The notes under the pieces: generated by a model | Database searches by the model: none | Told to the model about the DNA's origin: nothing | Seen by the model: the letters and a program-made list of their open reading frames with translations, nothing else | Part shown: piece after piece, positions 48,675-64,000 of the stretch | How positions within the stretch are numbered: the stretch's first letter is position 1 | Layout of the letters: each line of letters opens with the position of its first letter | Assembly (NCBI RefSeq): GCF_009914755.1 | Contig: NC_060925.1 | DNA length: 64,000 bases | Direction: 5' to 3' (one strand) | DNA from: the human T2T-CHM13v2.0 reference genome, Homo sapiens | Translations under genes and position numbers: made by a program

Positions 48675-50227
48675 GCCCTCCCCCTCCCCCTCCCCCTCTC
48701 CCTCTCCCCATGGTCTCCCTCTCCCTCTCTTTCCATGGTCTCCCTCTGATGCCGAGCCGAAGCTGGACTGTACTGCTGCCATCTCGGCTCACTGCAACCT
48801 CCCTGCCTGATTCTCCTGCCTCAGCCTGCCAAGTGCCTGCTATTGCAGGCGCGCGCCACCACGCCTGACTGGTTTTCGTATTTTTTTGGTGGAGACTGGG
48901 TTTCGCTGTGTTGGCCGGGCTGGTCTCCAGCTCCTAACCGCGAGTGATCCGCCAGCCTCGGCCTCCCGAGGTGCCGGGATTGCAGACGGAGTCTTGTTCA
49001 CTCAGTGCTCAATGTTGCCCAGGCTGGAGTGCAGTGGCTTGATCTCGGCTCGCTACAACCTCCACCTCCCAGCCGCCTGCCTTGGCCTCCTAAAGTGCTG
49101 AGATTGCAGCCTCTGCCTGGCCGACACCCCGTCTGGGAAGTGAGGAGCGTCTCTGCCCGGCCGCCATCCCATCTAGGAAGTGAGGAGCGTCTCTGCCGGC
49201 CGCCCATCGTCTGAGATGTGGGGAGCGCCTCGGCCCCACCGCCCTGTCTGGGATGTGAGGAGCGCCTCTGCCCGGCCGCGACCCCGTCTGGGAGGTGAGG
49301 AGCCCCTCCGCCCGGCAGCCGCCCCGTCTGAGAAGTGAGGAGCCCCTCCGCCCGGCAGCCGCCCCGTCTGAGAAGTGAGGATCCCCTCCGCCCGGCAGCC
49401 GCCCCGTCTGGGAAGTGAGGAGCCCCTCCACCCGGCAGCCGCCCCGTCTGGGAAGTGAGGAGCGTCTCTGCCCAGCAGCCACTCGGTCCGGGAGGGAGGT
49501 GGGGGGTCAGCCCCCGCCCGGCCAGCTGCCCCATCCAGGAGGGAGGTGGGGGCCAGCCCCCGCCCGGCCAGCCGCCCCATCCGGGAGGGAGATGGGGGGT
49601 GCCTCCGCCCGGCCAGCCGCCCCGTCCGGGAGGTGGGGGGTGCCTCTGCCCGGCCGCCCCTTCTGGGAAGTGATGAGCCCCTCTGCCCGGCCACCACCCC
49701 GTCTAGGAGGTGTACCCAACAGCTCATTGAGAACGGGCCATGATGACGATGGCGGTTTTGTGGAACAGAGAAGGGGGAAAGGTGGGGAAGGGATAGAGAA
49801 ATCGGATTGTTGTTGTGTCTGTGTAGAAAGAAGTAGACATGGGAGACTTCATTTTGTTCTGTACTAAGAAAAATTCTTCTGCCTTGGGATGCTGTTGATC
49901 TATGACCTTACCCCCAACCCTGTGCTCTCTGAAACATGTGCTGTGTCCACTCAGGGTTAAATGGATTAAGGGCGGTGCAAGATGTGCTTTGTTAAACAGA
50001 TGCTTGAAGGCAGCATGCTTGTTAAGAGTCATCACCACTCCCTAATCTCAAGTACCCAGGGACACAAACACTGTGGAAGGCCGCAGGGCCCTCTGCCTAG
50101 GAAAACCAGAGACCTTTGTTCACTTGCTTATCTGCTGACCTTCCCTCCACTATTGTCCTATGACCCTGCCAAATCCCCCTCTGCGAGAAACACCCAAGAA
50201 TGATCAATAAAAAAAAAAAAAATTAAA
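48675..50227 (+). mobile_element. SVA retrotransposon, full length
   Basis: CCCTCC/CCCTCT hexamers, Alu-like region, GC-rich VNTR, SINE-R, AATAAA and poly(A); TSD AAAAAAATATTTG / AAAAAATTATTTG at a TT/AAAA site. Confidence 0.96.
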
Positions 50228-50794
50228 AAAAAATTATTTGAAGTGAAATATGAGTAATTCCTTAGCATTTATCACAATCTGGATGGAATTTCTCTTAAAG
50301 ATCATGCAATTTCCTTGCTGATTCTATATGTACTAAACAACCATCTGATTGCTTTTGATTTCTTGATACTTGAGAAATTCAAAGACAAGAGTATGCTAAC
50401 AAACAAATGAGTTTTATAGTCACTGAAACAGAATACCCTGTTATAAATTTATAAATTAATCTGCTGGCACAGGTCAGATGCACTTAAAGTCAGATAAGAT
50501 GAGCTAGTCTATTCAAGACCTAATTAACTATCATTCAAAAGCTGCAGATTAGAGGATAAAGCACATACTTTAGGGACACTGAATAAATATTTGCAGAATG
50601 AATGAACAATGTGAGAGTTCCCTGTCTCTGTGTTAGTAAAAAAGTTTTACTCATGCCAATGAAAAAGTCAAAGAAAATGGACCTCATTTCAGGGAAACTT
50701 ATTAAGTTGGTGTGAGGAACACACTAATAATCCCACAAAGGCTAATCTCTGACATCTGATTTCTTAAATACAAATACAAAGTACTCTTTTTCTT

Positions 50795-52833
50795 TTTTTT
50801 TTTTTTAATTGATCATTCTTGGGTGTTTCTCGCAGAGGGAGATTTGGCAGGGTCATAGGACAATAGTGGAGGGAAGGTCAGCAGATAAGTGAACAAAGGT
50901 CTCTGGTTTTCCTAGGCAGAGGACCCTGCGGCCTTCCGCAGTGTTTGTGTCCCTGGGTACTTGAAATTAGGGAGTGGCGATGACTCTTAACAAGCATGCT
51001 GCCTTCAAGCATCTGTTTAACAAAGCACATCTTGCACCGCCCTTAATCCATTTAACCCTGAGTGGACACAGCACATGTTTCAGAGAGCACAGGGTTGGGG
51101 GTAAGGTCACAGATCAACAGGATCCTAAGGCAGAAGAATTTTTCTTAGTACAGAACAAAATGAAAAGTCTCCCATGTCTACCTCTTTCTACACAGACACG
51201 GCAACCATCTGATTTCTCAATCTTTTCCTCACCTTTCCCCGCTTTCTATTCCACAAAACCGCCATTGTCATCATGGCCTGTTCTCAATGAGCTGTTGAGT
51301 ACACCTCCCAGACGGGGTGGTGGCCGGGCAGAGGGGCTCCTCACTTCCCAGTAGGGGCGGCCGGGCAGAGGCGCCCCTCACCTCCCGGACGGGGCGGCTG
51401 GCCGGGCGGGGGGCTGACCCCCCCACCTCCCTCCCGGATGGGGCGGCTGGCCGGGCGGGGGGCTGACCCCCCCACCTCCCTCCCGGACGGGGCGGCTGTC
51501 CGGGCAGAGGGGCTCCTCACTTCCCAGTAGGGGCGGCCGGGCAGAGGCGCCCCTCACCTCCCGGACGGGGCGGCTGGCCGGGCGGGGGGCTGACCCCCCC
51601 ACCTCCCTCCCGGATGGGGCGGCTGGCCGGGCGGGGGGCTGACCCCCCCACCTCCCTCCCGGACGGGGCGGCTGTCCGGGCAGAGGGGCTCCTCACTTCC
51701 CAGTAGGGGCGGCCGGGCAGAGGCGCCCCTCACCTCCCGGACAGGGCGGCTGGCCGGGGGGGGCTGACCCCCCCACCTCCCTCCCGGTCGGGGTGGCTGG
51801 CCGGGCAGAGGGGCTCCTCACTTCCCAGTAGGGGTGGCCGGGCAGAGGCGCCCCTCACCTCCCGGACGGGGCGGCTGGCAGGGCAGGGGGCTGACCCCCC
51901 CACCTCCTTCCCGGACGGGGCGGCTGGCCCGGCAGAGGGGCTCCTCACTTCTCAGACGGGGCGGCTGCCGGGCGGAGGGGCTCCTCACCTCCCGGACGGG
52001 GTGGCTGCCGGGCGGAGACGCTCCTCACTTCCCAGACGGGGTGGCTGCCGGGCGGAGGGGCTCCTCACTTCTCAGACGGTGTGGCTGCCCGGCGGAGGAG
52101 CTTCTCACTTCTCAGGGCAGTTGCCAGGCAGAGGGTCTCCTCACTTCCCAGACGGGGCGGCCGGGCAGAGACGCTCCTCACATCCCAGACGGGGTGGCAG
52201 GGCAGAGGCGCTCCCCACATCTCAGATGATGGGCGGCCGGGCAGAGACGCTCCTCACTTCCTAGATGGGATGGCGGCCGGGCAGAGACGCTCCTCACTTT
52301 CCAGACTGGGCAGCCAGGCAGAGAGGCTCCTCACATCCCAGACGATGGGCGGCCAGGCAGAGACGCTCCTCACTTCCCAGAAGGGGTGGTGGCCGGGCAG
52401 AGGCTGCAATCTCGGCACTTTGGGGGGCCAAGGCAGGCGGCTGGGAGGTGGAGGTTGTAGCGAGCCGAGATCACGCCACTGCACTCCAGCCTGGGCACCA
52501 TTGAGCACTGAGTGAACGCAACTCCGTCTGCCATCCCGGCACCTCGGGAGGCCGAGGCTGGCGGATCACTCGCGGTTAGCAGCTGGAGACCAGCCCGGCC
52601 AACACAGCGAAACCCCGTCTCCACCATAAAAATACGAAAACCAGTCAGGCGTGGCGGCGCGCGCCCGCAATCGCAGGCACTCGGCAGGCTGAGGCAGGAG
52701 AATCAGGCAGGGAGGTTGCAGTGAGCCGAGATGGCAGCAGCACAGTCCAGCTTCGGCTCGGCATCAGAGAGAGACCATGGCAAGAGAGGGAGAGGGAGAC
52801 CGTGGGGAGAGGGAGAGGGAGAGGGAGAGGGAG
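50795..52833 (-). mobile_element. SVA retrotransposon, full length (insertion extends to 53126 via 5' transduction)
   Basis: Poly(T), SINE-R, VNTR, Alu-like region and (AGAGGG)n on +; TSD CAAAGTACTCTTTTTCTT at 50777-50794 and 53127-53144. Confidence 0.96.
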
Positions 52834-53126
52834 CCATTGTTTCATCTTACCCCTGAGAAACAAAGGCCCAGCGAGGTCAGACGCTTGCCCTTGGCCTGGG
52901 CCACACAGTGAGTGAAGGTCAGAGCCTAGGCGGGAAACCACCTCTTTCACGGCAAAGCCTTTGTTCTGGCCTCACTCCTCCACTTTCACTCTTCTCCGCT
53001 CAGATCCTGCCCATCCCCTGGGCTCACAGGAGATGCCCCTTGGAGGCCTCCAGGCCAGCGCCCACCCCTGTGGCTGTGGCATCCTCTCCAATGGCAGGCA
53101 CAGACCTGGACCCTGTTGGCGCCAGC
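52834..53126 (-). other. 5'-transduced sequence carried by the SVA (contains a MIR core fragment)
   Basis: GC-rich non-SVA DNA between the hexamers and the TSD. Confidence 0.85.
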
Positions 53127-53136
53127 CAAAGTACTC

Positions 53137-53424
<288 letters not shown>

Positions 53425-54329
53425 ATTAAATACAAAGTACTCTGTCTACAGTGAAACCCGTAGAATGAACAGGAATCTGAGATGCAGCCCATGGAAACCA
53501 TAAGTGGAATGCCCATATGCTCCTTCTCAAAGCAAGAGGACAAAACTGTTATCAGGAAGAAGCCATGCTAAAATTCAATCAATTTTTAAAAATGTATAAA
53601 ACATGAAATTGTACTTTCAAAACATACAGTGACATCATAATGACAATTACTGTAAAGTAACAACCATATGGAACAATCTAGGCAGGCCTGCTAGCTGGGT
53701 ATAGTAATAGGCCCCAAAGATATACTGTGTTTATTTATACTTCTATGAAAGAAAAGAGAAAAGAAACTGAATTAAAAACTTTCAAGTTCTATTTACTGAT
53801 ATACTGGTGCCTTGGAAGGAAAGTTTCTGAGAAAATTAGGGAAATGCTTAAATCTTTGGTTAAAAAATAAGTGAGAAGGCTACTTAATTTTAAATTTTTG
53901 ACTTATACTAAATAGTTATACTAAAATTTTTTAGTATAAGTGAACAGTTAAAAATCTCACCAAATACAAATACTTTGATTTTTGCACTATCCTGGCTCCA
54001 ATATTTAACTGCCTTTATACTCTTAGACAATTTACCTAAACTCTCTGTGCCTCAGTTTCTCCAGTAAAATGGAGATATTCACAATACCTTCTTCACATGG
54101 TTATAGTGAGGATTAAACAAATGAATACCTGTAAAGCATTTAGACTAGTTTCTGGCACATACTCTTAGCTATTATTACTATTAATTCATATGTTTTTTAT
54201 ACTTTTTAGAGACATAATTACAATTATCCACTTATTCAAAACAAACATGTTTAGTAGCCACTATAAAACCGATACTGCACTAGAAGCTGAGAATACAGAG
54301 ATAAATAAAACACTACCCTATACTATCAA

Positions 54330-55110
54330 CCACAGAAGTAACTGAAAAGACTGTAATAGATCTAGTTCCCAAAAAGATACCAGGTCCAGATGGAATTACA
54401 GGTAACTTGCATTAAACCTTTAAATAATAGGTAATTCCTGTGTTATGTAAACTATTTCCAAGCATAAGAATACAGCAAGTTTTCCCAGTTCCTTTTATGA
54501 AACTAATATAATCCTGACACCAAAACTTGATAAAGAGACTCATCCTCTTTTGAATAAATGTAAAAATCCTTAAAAAAAAAAAAAAAAAAAAGATAAGGAA
54601 CAAATCAACTCCAATAATGTGTTAAGAGACTCCAGCTTGGGCAACCTAGTCTCTACCAAAAATTGAAAAATTAGCCAGGCGTGGTGGCACATGCTTGTAG
54701 TCCTACCTAGTTCATAGGCTGAAGTGGGAGGATTGCTTGAGCCCACCGAGTTTGAGGTTGTAGTGAAACATGATCTTGCTACTGCATTCTAGCCTGGGAA
54801 ACAAAGTGAGACCCTGTTTCCCCAACCCCGACCCCTAAAAAAGAGGTTTTAGTGCTCCTTGACAAAGCAGCTTGAATAAAAACACTAGAAAACATTAGAA
54901 AACCTACTTGTTAATAAAATGCATTAACTGTTTAAGGGAGAAAAACTCTAAGGTCATTTTGATAGGACTGCAAAGGGCATGTGACAAAATCATTAGTCAT
55001 TCTTAATTAAAAGCCCCTAATAAATTATGAATAAAATTAAACTTTCTTAGTATGATAGTGCATATATTAGGAACCAAAAGCAAACAAGTTTAACAAAGAA
55101 ACACTAATGG
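54330..55110 (+). mobile_element. Old L1M ORF2 fragment
   Basis: CCAGGTCCAGATGG...CCTGACACCAAAAC motifs. Confidence 0.55.
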
Positions 55111-55197
55111 ATAGATATGTAATAACGCAAGTATAGTAAAATGTTAATAAAGCCTAGAAGGTGTGTGTTGGGGGAAAGGGGGAGTGTAGGCTCTAGA

Positions 55198-55415
55198 ACA
55201 GCACTGTTCAATAGAACTAAGATAATGGAAATTTTCTATAATATGTTCTGTCAAATATGATAAGTATTAGCTACATGTGGCCAATGAGCACTCAAAATAT
55301 AGCTATTTGGGATTGAGGTACTTTGAATTTTGAGTTTTATTAACTTTTGGTTAACTTAAATGTAAACATATAGCTACATGTGGCTAGCAGCTACCATATA
55401 AGACAATGTCGCACT
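55198..55415. mobile_element. MER3/MER33-like DNA transposon
   Basis: CAGCACTGTTCAATAGAACT...AGCTACATGTGGCTAG. Confidence 0.6.
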
Positions 55416-55899
55416 AGATTCATATAGCCCTAGATTCAAGTCTTAGATCCACCAATGGCTGTTACTTTATTTCTCTGAGACTCAGTTAATTATTTTATAA
55501 AATGAAAACAGCAATAGCACCTATTACTTCACACAAATTAAACAACATAAAGCAGATAAAGCATGAAGCACAGTCCTCTGCATATGGTAAACACTTAAAA
55601 TTAACGTTTATTATTCCAACTAAATGAGATCCATGAGCAAAACCATCTATTTGACTCATCATTGTGTTCCTAGTGTCTAGTACAGTGTCCCATACAAAAG
55701 ACACTCAACAAACATTTATTACATGAATGTTTTTACAGTCACAAGACTTCATATTTATCCTATTAAATTTTTTTCCTTTCTTCACAAAAAGCAGATACTT
55801 GATTAAATTTCATGTTAAGTCCACTGTTCCAATCTGTTGAAATATTTAATCCTAATGCCTAATATATTTGATACCCTTTTGAAATTTTGATAAATATAC

Positions 55900-56281
55900 T
55901 GCTATAGTTTGAATGTGCCCTCCTCAAAAATTCACGTGTTGGAAACTTAATCCCCAGTGGAGCAGTGTTGAAAGGTGGAGACTTTAAGAGATGAATCTCC
56001 TGTGAGTGGATTAAATGCCTTTATCCTGGAAGTGGATTAGTTATTGTTGAGTGAGTTCCTAATAAAAGGATGAGTTTGGCACCTTTCTTTCTTGCTCATG
56101 CATGCTCTCTTGCCCTTCTGCCTTCCAACATGGAATGACACAGCAAGAAGGCCCTCGCCAGATGTGGATCCCTCAACCTTGGACTTCCCAGCCTCCAGAA
56201 ATATAAGAAATGAATCTCTGTTCTTTATAAATCACCCAGTCTCAGGTATTCTGCTATAGCTGCACAAAATGGACTGAGACA
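55900..56281 (+). mobile_element. MST-type solo LTR
   Basis: TGCTATAGTTTGAATGTG...GGACTGAGACA. Confidence 0.8.
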
Positions 56282-56525
56282 CATATCATCTATAAATTAA
56301 TCTGAGCCATTAATAAAAATGTTAATCAGAGACATAGCATTTCTCACTCTCTGGTTTATCATCGGGTGAGTACTAACATTCAATTTAGCTTCACTTTCAT
56401 CCTTTCTACATATGTCCATCTTGTCCACAAAGGTAATAAGTATGAGACCCTTATAAAGATTAGATTATACCAATTTGTCCTTCATTGAAACTACCTTAAA
56501 AAGAACTTAAAATAAAACAACTCAC

Positions 56526-56734
56526 CCTTCAATAGCTGGAGATCTGTCAGGACGAGAACTTCCTCGAGATCTGTATCTCCGACCCAATGGCAACCGTGGA
56601 GGTCTTGCTCCCCAGAAGTCAGTGTGAGTCTGGTGACCCCTTTCATTGGCTCTATTATCTTGGTCCAGTGGACTGCTACTTAGAAAGGGTCTAAAATCTT
56701 GAAAAAACATCGTGTGATCCAAATGGCCCCAAAG
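56526..56734 (-). CDS. RNF115: RNF115 exon 4 (LWGHLDHTMFFQDF...RSRGSSRPDRSPAIEG)
   Basis: Acceptor TACTAG|, donor GG|GTGAGT; 209 nt; ORF 56522..56722; upstream exons lie beyond the window. Confidence 0.95.
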
Positions 56735-57196
56735 CTAGTAAAGACCAGAAATAAGTCACATGTTAGAAAAATCAATCAATAAACACCTGGATTGTTTACA
56801 GTTTTTTATATTACAAATGGCCACTGTGAATATTACTGTATGTCTTCTTCTGCAGAGGTACCAGAGTTTCTATATTTTTGGTCTGTAAAACTATTACATG
56901 ATCTATACATCTTCAACTTTACTGGGTAATGACAAATTGTTTTCCAAACTGGTTGTAGCAATTTAAACACCCACCAAGTGTTTAAGAGTTTCTACTGTGC
57001 CACATCCTGGCAAGCACTTGATGTCACAGGACTTTTTTTAAAAAAAGTTTTTAACAATCAGTGAACAGAAAATGATTTTCCATTGTGGGGCTTTTGGTTT
57101 TGCTGTGTAAGAAAAATTACGAATGTTTAATTAAAATGCATGTTTCGGTCCTATGCCAAAAAGAAAATTTAATAGATCTGTGGTGAGCCTGAAGAC

Positions 57197-59010
57197 TCCT
57201 TTTAGCATTTCTTACAGGGCAGGTCTATTAACAATGAAGCCCCCTCAGCTATTGTTTATCTGGGTATGTCATGATTTCTTCTTAATTCCTGAAGGATAGT
57301 TTTGCCAGATTTAGAATTCTTGGTTGGCAGGTCTGTCTTTCATCACTTTAAATATGTTATCCCACTGCCTTCTAGCCTCCATGGTTTCCGCTAAGAAATC
57401 AACAGAAATTCATCTTATTTAAGATCCCTTATATTTTACAAGTTGCTTCTCTCTTGCTGCTTCCAAGATTCTCTCTTTATCTCTGGCTTCGGAAATTTTA
57501 ATTATAATGTGTCTTGTATGGATGTCTTTGAGTTTATCCTTCTTGGGTGTTAGCTGAGCTTCTTGATGTGTATATTCATGTCTTGTCAAATTTGAAATGG
57601 TTTTGGCAATTACTTCTTAAACATGTTTTCTGCACCTTTCTCCCTCTCCTTACCATGATATATATGTTGGTATCCCACACATCTCCTGGACTCTGTTCAT
57701 TTTTCTTCAGTCTTTTAAATGTGTGCTCTTCAAACTATATAATTTCAGTGGACCTATCTCCAAGTTTGCTGATTCTTCTGTCTGCTCATATCTTTTGTTG
57801 AGCTCCCCTAGTGAATTTTCATTTCAATTATTGTAACCTTCAGCTCCAAAATTTCTCTTTGCCTACTTTTAAAAATTTCTCTTTATTGATATTCTCTATT
57901 TGTTGAGACATTATTATCTTGAATTCCTTTACTTCTTTGTCCATGGTGTCCTTTAGCTCTTTGAGTATACTTAAGACAGCTGATTTAAAGTTTTTGTCTA
58001 GTAATTCTAGTATTAGTGCTTCCTCGGGGTAGTTTCTGTTCATTTCTTTTTTCTTGTGAATGAAGCATATTTTCTAGATTCTTCACATGCTTCGTAATTT
58101 TTTTTAAAAAAACTGAACATTTATAATGTGTAAAAAATAAAAACAAAAATAGATGGGTACAGTGGTGTGTGCCTGTAATTCCAGCTACTCAGGAAGCTGA
58201 AGTGGAAGGATCGCTTGAACCAACGAGTTCAAGATTAGCCTGAGCAAGGCAAGACCACATTTCAAAACAAATAAACCAAAAAGAAAAAAAAAAGAAAGAA
58301 AAAGAAAAGTAAAATGCTCGCCAGGTCTCTACTGATTAGCTGTTGGGGCACTCCTTCAAAACTTACCCAGGGCCTTTATAAATCTACCTTAATATTCACT
58401 TCCTGTTTGTGTTGAACCTAAAGACAAGCCAGAGGTGAAAGCTAATGGCCTTCTCAGGTCTTTTCTGAGCACACATACTGCCCTGAGCTGTGCACTTGGC
58501 TTTCTAGTTTCTCATCCACAATAGCTTTTCAAAGCTCCTATTCCTCTACAAAAACTCACTCTACAGCTTTTCCTCTCAGGCTTTCAATATCTTATTGTTT
58601 GCCCTGTTTTTTTTTTTTCTTTTTTTGGTTTTTTTGTTTGTTTTTTGCCCCTGGTGGCAGTCCTTTGGAGAAAGGACAAAACAGAACACAGAATCCCTCA
58701 GGAGGAAGAGTGTCCACTCTCTGGAATCAGGCACCAGCATGGGGAACACAGGCTGTCATCTTCAAGACTGCAGCCATACCAGGAAGGGAGGTGAGGCTAG
58801 GGTAAGCTAAAATGCCACAAAGATCTCTTACCTTGTTTCAGTGCCCTTTCTTCTGGCGAAGTATTTGCTTGGCTGCTGTAAACCTTTGATTACCTTTCCA
58901 GAGTTTTGATAAGCTAAATTCTGACTTTTCTGTCAAGGTGTTTGGTGTTTCTGCAGAGGGATGACCCACAGAAGTCCTACTCTACCATTTTCGCTGACAT
59001 CACCCTGTCA
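57197..59010 (-). mobile_element. Old L1M 5'/ORF1 region
   Basis: ORF 57840..58043 resembles L1 ORF1p coiled coil (LELLDKNFKSAVLSILKELK). Confidence 0.65.
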
Positions 59011-59059
59011 TTGTGGTTTTAGTTTGCTTTCCCTGATACGAATATACCAATAAGGCTAA

Positions 59060-59505
<446 letters not shown>

Positions 59506-59748
59506 TGAGTTTACTTTTTCAGTACTCATCAGTTGTTTCAATTAAATCAGTTTTAAATCTCTATTCTTTCTCTTTTATGTCTTATCTTGTTTCATGTCTT
59601 TTGTCCATTTTCCTATTGAACTGACTTTCTAATTGCCTTAGTATCTTTTTTTTAAAATTCTATATTTTAATAGTTAATTCCTGCTAACAGAAACGCAACT
59701 GATTTTTGTATATTGACCTTAGTATACAGAAAATTTGCTGAACTCTTA

Positions 59749-60030
<282 letters not shown>

Positions 60031-60211
60031 ATACAGAACCCTAATTATATGCTATGTTTTTTCCTATACACACATACCTACAGTAAAGTTTAATTTATAA
60101 CTTATAACTTAATTTATAACTTAGACATAGTAAGAAATTAACAACAATAACTAATAATAAAATAGAACAGTTATAACAATATATAATAATAAAAGTTTTG
60201 TGAATGTGGCC

Positions 60212-60505
<294 letters not shown>

Positions 60506-60527
60506 ACTTTAAAATATCTTATTGTAA

Positions 60528-60928
<401 letters not shown>

Positions 60929-60950
60929 TCAGACTCCTACCAGAGTATAA

Positions 60951-61340
<390 letters not shown>

Positions 61341-61375
61341 TAATATGCAGAGTAAAAACATCAATTAGATTTCTC

Positions 61376-61725
<350 letters not shown>

Positions 61726-62744
61726 TTATCAAATCTGCCTTATTTCCCTTTACTTTCTAATTATAGTCTTCATCTATTAGAGATCACTGGTTTCTAGTCT
61801 GAAAAACGGTCTAGAACACAAGAATTCTCTTGACCCAAAATTCCAAAGTAAACACGACATTTAAAAACCTAAAACTATACTTGTCTTCAATAAGTGAAAA
61901 AGTACGAGCAGACTCCTCCATGTTCTCAATCATCTATCTCACTAAGGTGAATTATAAGAAATCTATGATTCCCTTACTATATACAATTCCACAACATTTG
62001 CTCACAGAAGACAACTCTCAAAGTAACCATTAGTTTCATTATAATATAAAAATGAAATATTTAAAATCTTGACTGGCAGAAAAGTCAAGCACCAAGTTCA
62101 TAATACTCTGCTTTGATACTAACATACTTTAGATGACTATAAATTGTTACCACACCTAATAATATACAAAATTTCTAAAGGATCCATGCCTAAAAACAGC
62201 TTCAACATCAGCATGAGGCATTTTCCTACTAGTATACAAAGTGCAAATTAGTGCAAATTAATAGTAACAGTCAATGTATTTGTGGCCTATTTTAATCTCA
62301 AAATAATAGTGTACCCTGACCAAAGAACACAGGATGGAAAAGCACACCTCACAAATTTATACCAAATCAGCACTAAGGATAAAAATAGCTTCAGGTCATT
62401 TGTCTCTGAGTAGACTTAGATAAGCATAAAAGAAAAAAAAAATAGCTCATACAACAAAACTGGGTATTCAGGACACAGCTTACATAAGTAAAAACTAATA
62501 GGGAACACTATCATAGAGTTTTGCTAAAACAGTCTAAAGAATCACAGAGACAGTTTGACAAGTTTTGCCTTGAAAAACTGAAAACATTACTCTGAATGTA
62601 AGTATAATGACAGTATTTCTGAAAATATTTGGGGTGAACTATTTACACATTCAAAATAAAAAACAGGATGGACAATATCTTCCATTTGGCAGAACTTGCT
62701 CTACACTAACCATGATCACATCAGCACTTCTTAAAATATTATGG

Positions 62745-63320
62745 TCTGTTCCTCAATGAGTTGAACAGTTACCATATGACGCAGCAATTTCACTCCTAGT
62801 TATATAACCAAGAAAATTAAAAACATATGATCACACAAAAACTTGTACAAAAATATTTACAGCAGCATTATTATCCATAACAGGCAAAAAGTGTAAACAA
62901 CCTAAATGTCCATCAACTGATGAATAAATAAAATGTGGAATATCCATACCATGTAGTATTATCCAGCCATAAAAATGAAGTACTGATACATGCTACAGCA
63001 TGGATGAACCTTGAAAACAGTATTCTAATTAGAAAAGAGTCAGTCACAAAGGTTCACATATTGCATGATTTCATTTATAACAAATATCCTATATAGGCAA
63101 ATCCATAGAGACAGAAAATAGATTGGTGGTTGCCTAGGGCTGAGAGAACTGTGGAGAAATATGTAGTGACTACTAATGTGTATGGGGATTCTTTTGGGGA
63201 TGATGAAAAAGTTCTAAATCAGTGGTAATAGTTGTATAACTCTGTGAATATACTAAAACCACTTAGCTGTACACTTTAACAGGGTGAATTACGTAGTATA
63301 TGAATTATATCTCAAAAAAT
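62745..63320 (+). mobile_element. L1MB/MC 3' end
   Basis: AAATGTCCATCAACTGATGAAT...CATGGATGAACCTTGAAAAC...GAATTATATCTCAA. Confidence 0.8.
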
Positions 63321-64000
63321 AACATTAGAGTGTATAAAGATGAGTCAATTAAGGGTAAATAATTTTATAATTATTAACCTTAGAAATGTAATCTTGAAAA
63401 AGTTCACAGGCGATTTTGTGAAAACATTAAAGCAAAGTAAGGAAGATACTCATCACCCCGAAATGTTTCCTCGTGTGCCTTTGTAATCCTTCCCTCCTGC
63501 CCCTTCCCATCCCCAAGCAACCCCTGATCTTTCTGTGGTTTGCATTTTCTAGAATTTTATGTAAAGGGCATCATATTGTATGTACTTTTCAACAGAGGAA
63601 TGATGTAGCTGATTAGTGAATAGCAAAGTCTAATCTCTAGTGATTTCGCATTTCTCCAGCAAGTGGAGTTCATGTATTAGGAAGTTGCACAAATGCAAAG
63701 TACATTGTTCTGATTATGTGTGCCTGCTTTGCAGCCTCTAATTCTCAGGTAGGTCATCCTGTATAAACTTAGGATGTCCATTTGACCACAGTTCAACTTT
63801 GTGTTCCAATTCAGCTGAATAAAAATTAAATTTTTATATCCATCTGTCTGGTGTTCTATGTTTTCTCAGTATGTTCTAGACTCAGGTAAAGGAAGTATGA
63901 TCGATGATCAACCATCATATATAACTAGACATGCCTAACACAGGATAATAGTTTAATAAATATAATGTAGCCATTAAAGAATATGAAGTCCTAATTTTTT

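Noticed and set aside
49130-49700. Regularly spaced repeats superficially like a CRISPR array
   Set aside because: SVA VNTR units without unique spacers; eukaryotic context
48886-52950. Many overlapping Arg/Gly/Pro-rich ORFs up to 184 aa
   Set aside because: Products of stop-poor GC-rich SVA VNTR and Alu-like sequence
53109-53124. Minus-strand TGGCGCCAACAGGGTC resembling a tRNA-Lys3 primer-binding site at the start of the transduced segment
   Set aside because: Needs a 2-nt gap and a mismatch, and no LTR end is adjacent; probably chance
57840-58043. Coiled-coil-like 67-aa ORF
   Set aside because: Remnant of old L1 ORF1 within an L1M fragment

Overview
Human genomic DNA, recognisable as the chr1q21.1 CD160/RNF115 locus. 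The complete CD160 gene lies on the + strand: two non-coding exons (the second Alu-derived) and four coding exons giving a 181-aa GPI-anchored form. Read-through of the exon 5 donor gives a 234-aa 'TM' form. The last six coding exons of the RING-H2 E3 ligase RNF115 (BCA2/Rabring7) lie on the - strand, converging on CD160. All splice junctions were checked for GT/AG and phase. The rest is mostly repeats: about 40 Alus, old L1/L2/MIR, DNA-transposon relics, a two-LTR THE1A, a two-LTR MLT1-type element and two SVAs. The most notable structures are: (1) an SVA carrying about 293 bp of foreign 5'-transduced DNA, nested in an Alu tail and shown by two interleaved TSDs; (2) two SVAs in tail-to-tail inverted orientation about 540 bp apart in one RNF115 intron; (3) a back-to-back poly(A) signal suggesting overlap of the CD160 and RNF115 3' ends; (4) inverted Alus in the RNF115 3' region; (5) a tRNA-Glu-like 5' fragment at an Alu tail; (6) a template-switch-like double hairpin. 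I see no evidence of a new protein-coding system. Nearly all ORF-track entries are repeat artefacts. Repeat subfamily names and boundaries are by eye and approximate.
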